NCBI GenBank assembly: GCA_030390025.1
Contig: CM059431.1
Coordinates: 102,302,001-102,366,000, forward strand
Direction: 5' to 3'
Length of the DNA stretch: 64,000 nucleotides
Source: Squalus acanthias
Lineage: Eukaryota
The position numbers and the translations under genes are program-made. Positions 12,201 to 25,185 of this stretch are shown here, piece by piece. The number at the start of each line of letters is the position of its first letter. The first letter of the stretch is position 1. The notes under the pieces were generated by a model that did not search any database, had not been told where the DNA came from, and worked only from the letters and a program-made list of their open reading frames with translations.

Positions 12201-12292
12201 CAGCATTGCTTTTAGAGATTTATCAAAATAAGTACTTTTTAAAATCTTTACAAGGATGGGAATCAATTTAAGTTGATGAAAAAGGAAAAAAA

Positions 12293-12980
12293 AGTAGCGA
12301 CGCAGGTTAATAAGGCCATTTAAAAAAAAAGCAAACAAAGCACTAGGATTTATTTCTAGAGGGATAGAATTGAAAAGCAGAGAAGTTATGTTAAACTTAT
12401 ATAGAACCTTGGTTAGACCACACTTGGAGCGCTGTGCACAGTTCTGGTCTCCATATTGTAAAAAGGATATAGAGGCACTGGAGAGGGTGCAATAAAGATT
12501 TACTAGAATGATACCAGAACTGAGAGGTTATACCTAGCAGGAAAGACGGAACAGGCTGGGGCTCTTTTCTCTGGAGAAGAGAAGGCTGAGTGAGGGGTGA
12601 CGTGACAGAGGTCTTCAAGATTCTGAAAGGGTTTGATAGGGTAGACGTAGAGAAGATGTTTCCACTTGCCGGCGAGATCAGAACTTCGGTCATAAATATA
12701 CGATAGTCAGTAATAAATCCAATAGGGAATTCAGGAGAAACTTCTTTACCCAGAGAGTGGTGAGAATGTGGAACTCGCTCCCACAGGGAGTGGTTGAGGC
12801 GAATAGCAGAGATGCATTTAAGGGGAAACTAGATAAGCCCATGAGGGAGAAAGGAGTAGAAGGGTAGATTGATGAGGTGAGATGAAGTTGGGGTGGGAGG
12901 AGGCTGGTGTGGAGCGTAAACATCGGCACGGACCAGTTGGGCCGAATGGCCTGTTTCTGTGCTGTAAATATTTTGTAATA
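12293..12980 (+). mobile_element. CR1 3' fragment (duplicated at ~17021-17708)
   Basis: LYRTLVRPHLE...QFWSP region with stops and frameshifts. Confidence 0.85.
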
Positions 12981-13072
12981 CTTTGTAAAAGTATTGGCAG
13001 TGCTGGCTATTTTCTTTTGCTTATTCCCAAACCTGGCATCTAAATGCTTTTAAAGTATAGAATGCAAATTAG

Positions 13073-16000
13073 TCTGTTCCAGCTCCAAGTGATCTGATAT
13101 ATAGTGTGAACAGCAATAGCTCCAACACTATCCCAATAGCACCCATGGTAGGGACCCCACCTTGCAATGTCAACACAGCTCTCTCACAACCACCTCGGCT
13201 TGAGAAAATGTTTCAATGCACCTCGGGTGGTGAGCTCCTATCCTGTGTCTTGTGTGGCAAGGTGGCAGAAAGAAAGAACAAATCTGCATTTATATAGCGC
13301 CTTTCACAGCCTCGGGGGCCTCCAAAGCCCTTCACAACCAGCTGGTCTACTTTGGAAGTGTGGTCACTGTTTGCTGAAACCTAAATAACCCAACATCCAC
13401 TGAAGAACAACTTCTCAGTAAAGGTCTGTAGTTTCCTCAAAAAACCCTCCAATGGGCCAGCTGGAGATAGAATCATAGAATCATAGAAATTCACAGCACA
13501 GAAGGAGGCCATTCGGCCCTTCGTGTCCGCGCCGGCCGACAAAGAGCTACCCAGCTTAATCCCACTTTCCAGCTCTTGGTCCGTAGCCCTGTAGGTTACG
13601 GCACTTCAAGTGCACATCCAAGTACTTTTTAAATGTGGTGAGGGTTTCTGCCTCTCCCACCCTTTCAGGCAGTGAGTTCCAGACCCCCACCACCCTCTGG
13701 GTGAAAAAAGTTCCCCTCAACTCCCCTCTAATCCTTCTACCAATGACTTTAAATCTTTGCCCCCTGGTTATTGACCTCTCTGCTAAGGGAAATAGGTCCT
13801 TCCTATCCACTCTATCTAGGCCCCTCATAACTTTATACACCACAATTAGGTCTTCCCCTCAGCCTCCTCTGTTCCAAAGAAAACAACCCCAGCCTATCCA
13901 ATCTTTCCTCGTAGCTAAAATTCCCCAGCCCAGGCAACATCCTCGTAAATCTCCTCTGCACCCCCTCTAGGGCAATCACATCTTTCCTGTAATGTGGTGA
14001 CCAGAACTGCACGCAGTACTCTAGCTGTGGCCTAACTTGTGTTTTATACAGTTCACAGAATCACAACAGTGCAGATAGAGGCCATTTCGGCCCATCGAGC
14101 CTGCACCGACACATATCCCACCCTATCCCCGTAACCCCACGTATTTAATCCCCCCTAACACTAAGGGTCAATTTATCATAGCCAAATCAACCTAACCCAC
14201 ACATCTTTGGACTGTGGGAGGAAACCGGAGCACCCGGAGGAAACCCACGCAGACACGGGGAGAATGTGCAAACTCCACACAGACAGTCACCCGGGGCCGG
14301 ATTCGAACCCGGGTCCCTGGCGCTGTGAGGCAACAGTGCTAACCACTATGCCACCGTGTTGCCCATCTAGCATAACCCCCCACTGCTCTTGTATTCTATG
14401 CCACAGCTAATAAAGGAAAGTATCCCGTATGGGCGACACGGTGGCATAGTGGTTAGCACTGGTGCCTCACAGCGCCAGTAGACCCGGGTTCGAATCTGGC
14501 TTCGGGTGACTGTCTGTGTGGAGTTTGTACATTCTCCCCGTGTCTGCGTGGGTTTCCTCCAGGTGCTCCGGTTTCCTCCCACAGTCCAAAAATGTGCGGG
14601 TTAGGTTGATTTGGCTATGATAAATTGACCCTTAGTGTTAGGGGGGGATTAAATATGTGGGGTTACGGGGATAGGATGGGATATGTTAGGGGGAATTAAA
14701 TACGTGGGGTTATGGGGATAGGGTGGGATATGTGTCGGTGCAGGCTCGATGGGGATTCTGTGTGAGAAAGCAGGGACAGGGTACTGGATTTGGATGATCA
14801 GCCATGATCGTACTGAATGGTGGAGCAGGCTCGACGGGCCGAATGGCCTACTCCTGCTCCTAGTTTCTATGTTTCTATGCCTTCTGAACCAGTGCGAGCT
14901 GATAACGGCGTCCGGAACAACATCGCCCAGCCGATGCCAAATTTCCATCGAGGTCCTAAAACTGGCGTCTGGACCTGGATTTGCAGGTTCAAGGTGCCCA
15001 ACACCTGCTTCAGGGAGGGGCCATTGCACAACTAGCAGCCGCACGATTCCGATTTAGCAGCCGGCGCACTTCCGGGGGTAGATCGGGCGCAAGAGATCAC
15101 AGCCCAAAATTCATTCCCCCCCCCCCCCGCCAAAATACGGGCATGAGGAGATCCAATTCCCCCCCGTGGATTCATCACCGTTACGGAGTCCCAATGAAGT
15201 TTCGTAAAAACACTCTCAGCAATTACCAGAAGAAAACAAAACAAATCTATCGACCCCAGAAAATGCCAATATCCATGTGCGAGGGAAACCTTCCACACTC
15301 ACCTCACAGGGTGCGGACTAAATGGCTGTGGCATTCACTCGGAGATATTGAACAGACATTATTTGGTCGATTCCCACTTGATGGCTGGAAGGCCACAGCA
15401 TCGTTCAGCCAGGAATGAGTAATTGTGAATCTAGCACAAGCCTGGCCTTTAGCCAGGAAGGATGGTGAGCACACAGCAGACTTTCAGGGATCAAGAGCCT
15501 GGCTGCGTATATTTGATTAACTTGTGCTCTGTGCACTTGGGAAATGCAAGTCAGCAGGGGCAGAATCTGGTATTTCCTTACCAAAATACACAGACACAGA
15601 ACACATACTTAGCTCAAAGAAGTGATTTGGCGAGGGGTATAAATTAAATGGCTGCATGAGCTAATGAAATGAGCTGGAAAAAAAATCACCACATTACAGG
15701 AAGGATGTGATTGCACTAGCGAGGGTGCAGAGGAGATTTACGAGGATGTTGCCAGGACTGGAGAATTTTAGCTACGAGGAAAGATTGGATAGAAACATAG
15801 AATCTAGGAGCAGGAGTAGGCCATTCGGCCCGTCGAGCCTGCACCACCATTCAATACGATCATGGCTGATCATTCAAATCCAGTACCCTGTCCCTGCTTT
15901 AATCCCCACAGTACACATATCCCACCCGACCCCCGTAACCCCACGTATTTAATTCCCCCTAACATATCCCATCCTATCCTCATAACCCCACATATTTAAT

Positions 16001-17803
16001 CCCCCCCTAACACTAAGGGTCAATTTATCATAGCCAAATCAACCTAACCCGCACATTTTTGGACAGTGGGAGGAAACCGGAGCACCCGGAGGAAACCCAC
16101 GCAGACACGGGGAGAATGTGCAAACTCCACACAGTCACCCGAGGTCAGATTCGAACCCGGGTCTCTGGCGCTGTGAGGCACCAGTGCTAACCACTTTGCC
16201 ACCGTGTTGCCCTGGCTGAGGTTGTTTTCTTTGGAACAGAGGAGGCTGAGGGGAGACCTTATTCAGGTGTATAAAATTATGAGGGGCCCAGATAGACTGG
16301 ATAGGAAGCACCTATTTCCCTTAGCAGAAGGGTCAACAACCAGGGGGCAGAGATTTAAAGTAATTGGTAGAAGGATTAGAGGGGAGTTGAGAGGAAATGT
16401 CTTCACCCAGAGGGTGGTGGGGGTCTGGAACTCACTGCCTGAAAGGGTGGTAGAGCCAGAAACCCTCATTACATTTAAAAAGTGCTCGGATATGCTCTTG
16501 AAGTGCTGTAACCTACAGGGCTACGGACCAAGAGAAGGAAAGTGGGATTAGGCTGGAGAGCTCTTTGTCGGCCGGCACGGACACGATGGGCCGAATGGCC
16601 TCCTTGCGTGCTGTAAATTTCTATGATTCTATTCTCTGAAGGCTTGCGGGTTTTTGTCAAGCTGGTGCACTCAAGGTGCTGACTATTCCAATGTTGTGCC
16701 GGTATCCCCGTGGTGAAACGGCATCCTTTCTCGCGTCACCTCAAGTATTAGATGCCGATGATATGGGATTGCCGCTCAGACACTGAACTGGGGTCTCAAA
16801 ATCTGGTTGGTCGTATTCCTGAAGATCTCATCGTGTGACCTCCCGCCCCCCCCACCACCACCTCAACCGGTCAATCAGCCTTTCTTTTGCCTCCATCTCC
16901 AATATTTTTACAACTGATTTTTTTTTAACAGCATTGCTTTTAGAGATTTATCAAAATAAGTACTTTTTAAAATCTTTACAAGGATGGGAATCAATTTAAG
17001 TTGATGAAAAAGGAAAAAAAAGTAGCGACGCAGGTTAATAAGGCCATTTAAAAAAAAAGCAAACAAAGCACTAGGATTTATTTCTAGAGGGATAGAATTG
17101 AAAAGCAGAGAAGTTATGTTAAACTTATATAGAACCTTGGTTAGACCACACTTGGAGCGCTGTGCACAGTTCTGGTCTCCATATTGTAAAAAGGATATAG
17201 AGGCACTGGAGAGGGTGCAATAAAGATTTACTAGAATGATACCAGAACTGAGAGGTTATACCTAGCAGGAAAGACGGAACAGGCTGGGGCTCTTTTCTCT
17301 GGAGAAGAGAAGGCTGAGTGAGGGGTGACGTGACAGAGGTCTTCAAGATTCTGAAAGGGTTTGATAGGGTAGACGTAGAGAAGATGTTTCCACTTGCCGG
17401 CGAGATCAGAACTTCGGTCATAAATATACGATAGTCAGTAATAAATCCAATAGGGAATTCAGAAGAAACTTCTTTACCCAGAGAGTGGTGAGAATGTGGA
17501 ACTCGCTACCAGAGGGAGTGGTTGAGGCGAACAGCAGAGATGCATTTAAGGGGAAACTAGATAAGCCCATGAGGGAGAAAGGAGTAGAAGGGTAGATTGA
17601 TGAGGTGAGATGAAGTTGGGGTGGGAGGAGGCTGGTGTGGAGCGTAAACATTGGCACGGACCAGTTGGGCCGAATGGCCTGTTTCTGTGCTGTAAATATT
17701 TTGTAATACTTTGTAAAAGTATTGGCAGTGCTGGCTATTTTCTTTTGCTTATTCCCAAACCTGGCATCTAAATGCTTTTAAAGTATAGAATGCAAATTAG
17801 TCT
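13073..17803 (+). repeat. Tandem segmental duplication, copy 2 (~4.7 kb including extra SINE)
   Basis: Junction ...aattagTCTgttccagc; TCT shared by both parental ends. Confidence 0.95.
15792..16213 (-). mobile_element. HE1-like SINE present only in duplicate copy 2
   Basis: Interrupts ggata|ggctgagg, which is contiguous at ~11481-11493. Confidence 0.9.
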
Positions 17804-18420
17804 TTGTGAAGACAGCATCCCTTTAAGAATCCTGGGCTTTAGTGTATTATCATCTCTATTTACATAGCAGTTCTGACAATCTGCAAGTTTCCTAACACCT
17901 AATGTGTTTGCCCAAACTTACAGGTTTAACACCCAATGATTTTAACTTTTGCAATGCAATAGCCTGGCTAAAAAGTTATTTGGTAACTAGGCAACAGCCC
18001 TTTGTAATTAGGTAATAAATTAGGAGGCAGATGTAAACAGGAAATTTTTATTCATTATTCACGAGTGTCAATTCGTTTTTTTTTAAATGTCAGCACATTC
18101 ACATCTTGCCATGAAGCAATTGCCGGAGTACTTTGTAAAGGACGTACAAATATCCACACCGTTAACAAAATATAGAAGCTGTCCTAATCAACATAAAAAG
18201 GTGGCAAGACTGAGATATGAAATATGTCAGTGTAATACCATGTAACTAATTCTCACAGACGGGCAGATTATTAACTGCAAATTGCTTAGATCAAGCTGTG
18301 TCACTTCAAATAAGCAACATTATATTTTGCCTCCTCCCCATCTCAAAATTTTCAAAGTGGAAGTGCCAATGCGTTTAAGTACATCTTAGATAGAATGGTA
18401 ATGGGAAAATAGAATTATTT

Positions 18421-19032
18421 CTTCTTACCTTCTTCTTCTTAGGCAGTCCCTCGGAACCAAGGATGACTTGCTTCCACATTAAAAATTAGTTCTCAGGTGA
18501 CTGATGAGTCCAATGCGGGACCTACAGTCTCTGTCACAGGTGGGGCAGACGGTGGTTGAAGGGGCGAGTGGGTGGGGTGCTTGGGTTGACGTGCGCTCCT
18601 TGCGCTGTTTACACTTGGCTTCCGCTTGCTCCCGGCGAAGAGACTCGAGGTGTTCGGCGTCTTCCCGGATGCTTCTCCTCTACTTTGTGCGGTCTTGGGG
18701 CCAGGGATTCCCAGGTGTCGGTGGGGATGTTACACTTTTTCAAGGAGGCTTTGAGGGTGTCCTTGAAGCGTTTCCTCTGCCCACCTGGGGCTCTCTTGCC
18801 GTGCCGGAGCTCCGAGTGGAGCGCTTGTTTTGGGAGTCTCGTATCGGGCATGCGGACAATGTGACCCGTCCATCGGAGCTGATCAAGCGTGGTCAAAGCT
18901 TTGATGCTGGGGATGTTGGCCTGAGCAAGAACACTGACGTTGGTGCGCCTATCCTGCCAATGGATTTGCAGGATCTTGCGGAGGCAGCGTTGGTGGTACC
19001 TCTCCAGTGCTTTGAGGTGCCTGCTGTACCTC
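18421..19032 (-). mobile_element. RTE-clade LINE 3' fragment
   Basis: GHIVRMPDTRLPKQ...RAPGGQRKRFKD; (aag)n tail; attattt repeated at both flanks. Confidence 0.9.
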
Positions 19033-19640
19033 ATTATTTACAGCACAGAAACAGGCCATTCGGCCCAACTGGTCCGTGCCGGTGTTTATGCTCCACACCA
19101 GCCTCCTCCCACCCCTCTTCATCTCACCCTATCAGCACAACCTTCTATTCCTTTCTCCCTCATGTGTTTATCTAGCTTCCCCTTAAATGCATATCTGCTA
19201 TTCGCCTCAACCACTCCCTGTGGTAGCGAGTTCCACATTCTCACCACTCTCTGGGTAAAGAAGTTTCTCCTGAATTCCCTATCAGATTTATTAGTGACTA
19301 TCTTATATTTACGTCCCCTAGTTCTGGTCTCCCCCACAAGTGGAAACATCTTCTCTACGTCTACCCTATCAAATCCCATCATAATCTTAAAGACCTCTAT
19401 CAGGTCACCCCTCAGCCTTCTCTTTTCTAGAGAAAAGAGCCCCAGCCTTTCCTGATAGATCAGTTCTGGTATCATTCTAAGAAATCTTTTGTGCACCTTC
19501 TCCAGTGCCTCTATACCATTTTTGTAATATGGAGACCAGAATTGTACACAGTACTCCAAGTGTGCTGTAAACCAAGGTTCGATACAAGTTTAACATAACT
19601 TATCTGCTTTTCAATTCTATCCCTCGAGAAATGAACCCCA
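19033..19640 (-). mobile_element. CR1 3' fragment
   Basis: EYCVQFWSP...RRLRGDLIEVFKIM. Confidence 0.9.
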
Positions 19641-19868
19641 TTAGTTCTATTACATTTTTTATATTACATTTAATTTATTTTTAAATGCTCACAAGTCCGC
19701 AACCCCAAAGCGAAGCATTCACCAGCCAAGATACACACCAGGAAAAGCTTCCCAGGTTACCTCCAATCCTGCTGTTGAATTTGCTGGCATGAGGTGTGCA
19801 AGCGCTGCCTGGGCTGATTCTTCCCTCCGATTCCTTTCCGTTTCTCTGTACTTGGAAGGACCTAGACT

Positions 19869-20102
19869 ACAGGGGAGTTCTCCCCGCTATCCTGGGGGCC
19901 AATATTTATCCCTCAACCAACATCACTAAAAAACAGACCATCTGGTCATTGTCACATTGCTGTTTGTGGGAGCTTGCTGTGCGCAAACTGGCTGCCGCGT
20001 TTCCCTACATTACAACAGCTACTCTCGTCCTTCATTGGCTGTAAAGCGCTTTGGGGCATCCTGAGGTCGTGAAAGGCGCTATAGAAATGCAAGACTTTGT
20101 TT
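19869..20102 (+). mobile_element. SacSINE1-like SINE 3' half
   Basis: Central domain and tail match other copies. Confidence 0.8.
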
Positions 20103-20444
20103 CTTACTACACTTCGCAATTTCGTCAATTTGGCCATCTGTATCTGTTGTATATTACATGTGGTGCATAGGATGATTGTTCCATTAAAAGCCCATTATAG
20201 GTATCTGCCGTACCTGTTACACCGCCAGGTTCACACTATAATAAGGCTTTTTCAATGCTAAAAGTGTTACACTGTGTGATGCACAATAGCTGCTATTCTT
20301 TAGCAAGACTATAAACACCCTCTGATTCTGGACACCTGGTTCCCCACAAATCACTGAAAATATTACCCACAAAATGTTTTCATCTGCTTTTTCTCTCTCT
20401 TAGTGACTGAAGTTTCTAACGTTGAAAATAGGGGTTCAATGTAG

Positions 20445-20906
20445 GACAATACCAGGGACTTCAGTTACGTGGAGAGACTGGAGAAGCTGGGATCGTTCTC
20501 CTCGGAGCAGAGAAGGTTAAGGGGAGTTTAATAGAGGCGTTCAAAATCATATGGGGTTTTGATAGCGTAAAAGGAGGAGAAACTGTTTCCACAGGCAGGA
20601 GGGTCAGTAACCAGAGGACACAGGTTTAAGATAATTGGCAAAAGAACCAGAGGGGAGATGAGCAGATTTTTTATTTTTTTTACGCAGCGAGTTGTTGTGA
20701 TCTGGAATGCGCTGCCTGAAAGGGCGGTGGAAGCAGATTCAATAGTAACTTTCAAAAGAGAATTGGATATTGACTTGAAAAGGAAAAATTTGCAGGGTTA
20801 TGGGGAAAGAGCAGGGAGGAGTGGGACTAATTGGAGAGCTCTTTCAAAGAGCCGGCACAGGCACGATGGGCCGAATGGCCTCCTTCTGTGCTGTAGGATT
20901 CTATGA
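20445..20906 (+). mobile_element. CR1 3' fragment
   Basis: FFTQRVVVIWNALPE; 3' stem and tail. Confidence 0.85.
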
Positions 20907-21421
20907 ACAGTGTGTCAAACTGCTGCCCCCTTTTTTACCCAGTGGTTAAAAACCAAAAATTCACCCCAATAATTCAAAAAAAATTACACATTTCACAGTA
21001 GCATAGTTAAATTCATCCACTGTGTTGTCTTTTGTGTTTTGCAATGCCATCATTGAAGGTTCCATTTGAAGGCCTCAGCCTCTCCCAAAAGCCTGGGCTT
21101 GGATTTGATATTTGTGCGCGGAGCTGAATTCGGATCCTGCAGTCTGAGTCTGTGTGGTGAGAGCCGAATTTCCCAGGATATATTCGTATCGTTCAGTACT
21201 AACGCCTTCCTTTAAAGCTGCTAGCACTTTCTACACAGTAGCTTTTCATCAAATATTTTTTTTAAACGAGGACAAATTTCAAAAACTATATTGAAGTAAA
21301 ATTTATATGTGTTTTTTTTAAAAAGAGAGGCAGTGGGTTTGTGTGAAAAAAATAATATTCTGATTAGACACCTGTTGTAGCTTTTGTTTTGTGTTCTATA
21401 ACCATCATAAAGTGTATTAAA

Positions 21422-21733
21422 CAGAGAGAGAGAAAGAGCTAGTGACAGAGAGCAACAGAGCGAGTGAGAGCGACAGAGACAGAGAGAGACAGAGAGAGAG
21501 AGAGAGACAGACAGAGAGACAGAGAGAGCGAGCAACAGAGAGACAGAGACAGAGAGAGAGAGCGTGACAGAGAGACAGAGACAGAGAGAGAGCGCGTGAC
21601 GGAGAGACAGAGAGACACAGAGAGACAAGAGATACAGACAGAGCGAACGACAGAGAGACAGAGAGAGACAGAGAGACACAGAGAGAGAGCGACAGAGACA
21701 CACAGACAGAGAGAGAGACAGAGACACAGAGAG

Positions 21734-21764
<31 letters not shown>

Positions 21765-21915
21765 TACAGACAGAGAGACAGAGAGAGACAGAGAGAGAGC
21801 GCGTGACGGAGAGACAGAGAGACACAGAGAGAGCGAGAGATACAGACAGAGCGAGCGACAGAGAGACACACAGACAGAGAGAGAGACAGAGACACAGAGA
21901 GAGAGACACAGAGAG

Positions 21916-21946
<31 letters not shown>

Positions 21947-22322
21947 TACAGACAGAGAGACAGAGAGAGACAGAGAGAGAGCGCGTGACGGAGAGACAGA
22001 GACAGAGAGACACAGAGAGACAAGAGATACAGACAGAGCGAGCGACAGAGAGACACACAGACAGAGAGAGAGACAGAGACACAGAGAGAGAGACACAGAG
22101 AGAGCGAGAGAGAGAGAGAGAGAGATACAGACAGAGAGACAGAGAGAGACAGAGAGAGAGCGCGTGACGGAGAGACAGAGACAGAGAGACACAGAGAGAC
22201 AAGAGATACAGACAGAGCGAGCGACAGTGAGACACACAGACAGAGAGAGAGAGAGATACAGACAGAGAGACAGAGAGAGCGAGAGAGAGCGAGAGAGAGA
22301 GAGAGAGACACACACACAGAGG
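21422..22322. repeat. Complex (GA)n/(GACA)n microsatellite with ~180-205-bp higher-order period
   Basis: Marker gagcgcgtgacggagagacag recurs at ~21590, 21797, 21979, 22158. Confidence 0.95.
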
Positions 22323-22323
22323 G

Positions 22324-22560
22324 GGGGCCTAAACTTTCCTTGTGGGGTGGGAGGAGCACTCCTGTTGCACCTGGCCCCACAAGGAAAGTTTTGAAGAAAG
22401 TGAAGCCCGCTTACCTTGTTTGGACATCTCCTGGTCCGGCAATGCCTCCCGCTGGTTTGGCCTGGTGAAGAAGCCACAATGGCTTCCCCGCCCTGTTAAA
22501 GTTGTGGCCGTGCCCCGAACAACTGGACGCGAAGATCCCTGGACCCGACTCCCTGCGGGC
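22324..22560 (+). repeat. Unclassified dispersed repeat fragment
   Basis: Similar to ~34000-34200 (taaactttc.ttgtggg, ggaggagc, aagccacaatggcttccc). Confidence 0.55.
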
Positions 22561-23244
22561 CTGGGCCTAACCAGTACGCGCTACCTTGAACACAAGTCCT
22601 AGTCAGCTACAGGTTCACTTACCCCTTCTGCCCAATGATAACGCCTCTCGTTAGGGTGTGCGAGAGAAAGAGGTGGAGTTGGGGGGGGTGGGGGGGGGGG
22701 ATTGTGTAGGCTTTACCAACGAACATGAAGCTGCAAGTCCAAGAGACGTTCTAGGGGCTAGGAAACATGGGAGCGAGTTTAGCATTCATCCCACTCAGTG
22801 TTTGACAGCTAGTTGACAGCAGTAATTGCATAAAGGTCCCAGTGTGTCCATTAACTTGTTAATGGCATAAAAAGCAAAAACTGTCAAGTGTCTGCTTGGA
22901 TAATAATCCCCTTTAGAAGTGAAGGATGATGCCTCACCCGGCCTGTTACCGTACAGAATATTAACTCTTTCACCAACATTGTATCGTCTGTAAAAATAAT
23001 CTTTTTGTTTTTCTATTCTCCTCGCCCCCCCCGCCGGCTCTGGCGCAGTTCTGTGGTCGCTGATCAGCCTCTGGGACCTCACCAAAGTGCCCACTATTCA
23101 ACTTGTGAGCCTTGATGGCGAGAGGCAACCGAGAAATCATCACCGCCAAGCCTTGACTGGCAGTCACTGGCGAACAAATCAGGTACAGAAAGCCTGGCTG
23201 GTTGTCTCCTCTCTCACCCAGGGGTCGACTGCAGCTCCCTTTAA

Positions 23245-23665
23245 ATCAGGACGTCCTGAAGCACTTTACAGTCAATTAAGTCACTGTTGTAACGTGGGAA
23301 ACGCAGCAACCAATCTGCGCACAGCAAGGTCCCACAAACAGCAATGAGATAAATGACCAGATAATCTGGGGAGTTTTTCCCCCAGTGATGGTGGTTGAGG
23401 GATAAGTATTGGCCCAGGGCACCGGGGAGAACTCCCTTGCTCTTATTTCAAATCGCGCCGTGGGATCTTTTGCATCCACCTGAGAGCGCAGACGGGGCTT
23501 CGGTTTAACGTCTCATCCAAAAGGCAGCACCTCCGACAGTGCAGCACTCCCTCGGCACTGCACTGGGAGCGTCGGCCTGAATTCTGCGCTCGAGTCCTTG
23601 GAGCGAGGCTTAGAACCCACGACCTTCTGACTCAGAGGAGGGAGTGCTGCCCACTGAGCCACTGA
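23245..23665 (-). mobile_element. SacSINE1-like SINE
   Basis: Reverse-complement match including tRNA-like head. Confidence 0.8.
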
Positions 23666-23974
23666 GCCGGCACCATTTCTCTTACCTTCCATCAGTCATT
23701 ATAATTTCACTCGTGTCATTGTGGTCAAAGAATAAATCAAAACCAAACCAAGCGAATGACGTTGTCAGAAATTTTAATCATTTCTACACGGCCTCCTGGA
23801 GAGCAAAAAGCCAGCAGAACCTTCGCCAAAGATGGCAATGAAAGAAGAGCCCAGAGTATAAACTTGCGACAGGTAAAGGCTCATTCCCTGACTGGGTGCT
23901 GCCAACAGGAGGAGTGATCAATGGGAGTGTCGATTGTGAAATCGCAGGTACACAGTGTTTGATTTGCTGCCTAT

Positions 23975-24790
23975 TAGTTTAATTCCACCTCCGTAACATC
24001 GTCCGTCTCCGCCTCAGCCCATCCGCTACTGAAACCCTCGTCCATGCCTTTGTTACCTCCAGACTCGACTATTCCAACGCTCTCCTGGCTGGCCTCCCAC
24101 CTTCCACCCTCCGTAAACTTGGGCAAGTCCAGGAACCTGCTGCCCCATGTCCTACAGAATGAGAGGGGATCTCATTGAAACTTATAAAATTCTAACAGGA
24201 CTAGACAGACTAGATGCAGGAAGGATGTTCCCGATGGCGGGGGAGTCCAGAACCAGGGGTCACAGTCTAAGGATAAGGGGTAAGCCATTTAGGACTGGGA
24301 TGAGGAGGAATTTCTTCACCCAGAGAGTGGTGAACCTGTGGAATTCTCTACCACAGAAGGCAGTAGAGGCCAATTCATTAAATATATTCAAGAAGGAGTT
24401 GGATATATTTCTTAAGGCTAAAGGGATCAAGGGATATGGGGAGAAAGCAGGGACAGGGTTCTGAGTTTGGATGATCAGCCATGATCTCATTAAATGGCGG
24501 AACAGGCTCGAGGGGCCGAATGGCCTACTCCTGCTCCTATCTTCTATGTTTCTATGTTTCTAACTCACACCAAGTCCCGTTCACCCATCACCCCCCTGTG
24601 CTCGCTGACCTACATCGGCTCCCGGTCCAGCAACGCCACAAATTTAAAATTCTCATCCTTGTGTTCAAATCCCTCCACGGCCTCGCCCCTCCCCTATCTC
24701 TGTAACCTCCTCCAGCACCTCCAACTCTCCGAGATCTCTGCGCTCCTCCAATTCTGGCCTCTTGTGCGTCCCCGATTTTCATCGCTCCCC
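23975..24790 (+). mobile_element. L2 fragment split by CR1
   Basis: [23 protein letters not shown] sequence resuming at 24561. Confidence 0.8.
24155..24560 (+). mobile_element. CR1 (HER1-like) 3' fragment nested in L2
   Basis: [13 protein letters not shown]; near-identical to 1806-2200. Confidence 0.9.
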
Positions 24791-25185
24791 TGTTTGTGTT
24801 AGGAAGCGGGCAGCAGAGTTTTGGATGAGCTCGGGTTTATAGAGGGTGGAAGGCCGGCCAGGAGAGCATCGGAATAGTCAAGTCACATGGGAAAAGGGCT
24901 GGGAAACACTCGAGTGAAGAATGAAAATCAGAAGTGATGGTGCACTGCAATGAGTGCTGACAGGTTAAAGTGAAGTAGTTAGAGGAAAATAGGCTTTCTG
25001 CTCTCAGTTATAATCTTGATTAAAATAAGTGTCCTAAGTAATAGAGATTGGCTTCGTACACCACTTCTGCTTATGGAACTCTACCCCAGACAGTGCTGTT
25101 GCCTAGATCGCTGTACCTGGTAGGCAAAAGTATTCCTGTTTACTTCCTTCCTCTCCTGAAGGGTAGGGTACACTTCCGCGGGAGA

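Larger units (their letters stand above)
8767..13072 (+). repeat. Tandem segmental duplication, copy 1 (~4.3 kb)
   Basis: Near-identical to 13073-17803 throughout. Confidence 0.95.

Noticed and set aside
19761..19861. Minus-strand exon candidate open in all frames
   Set aside because: Poor acceptor overlapping a SINE; no recognisable peptide
21221..22477. Long SL/ER-rich ORFs (up to 418 aa)
   Set aside because: Microsatellite artefacts
22938..22987. Minus-strand 50-nt exon candidate (RYNVGERVNILYGNRP or DTMLVKELIFCTVTGR)
   Set aside because: Short, frame ambiguous, phase 0 closed so it cannot follow 36613 directly
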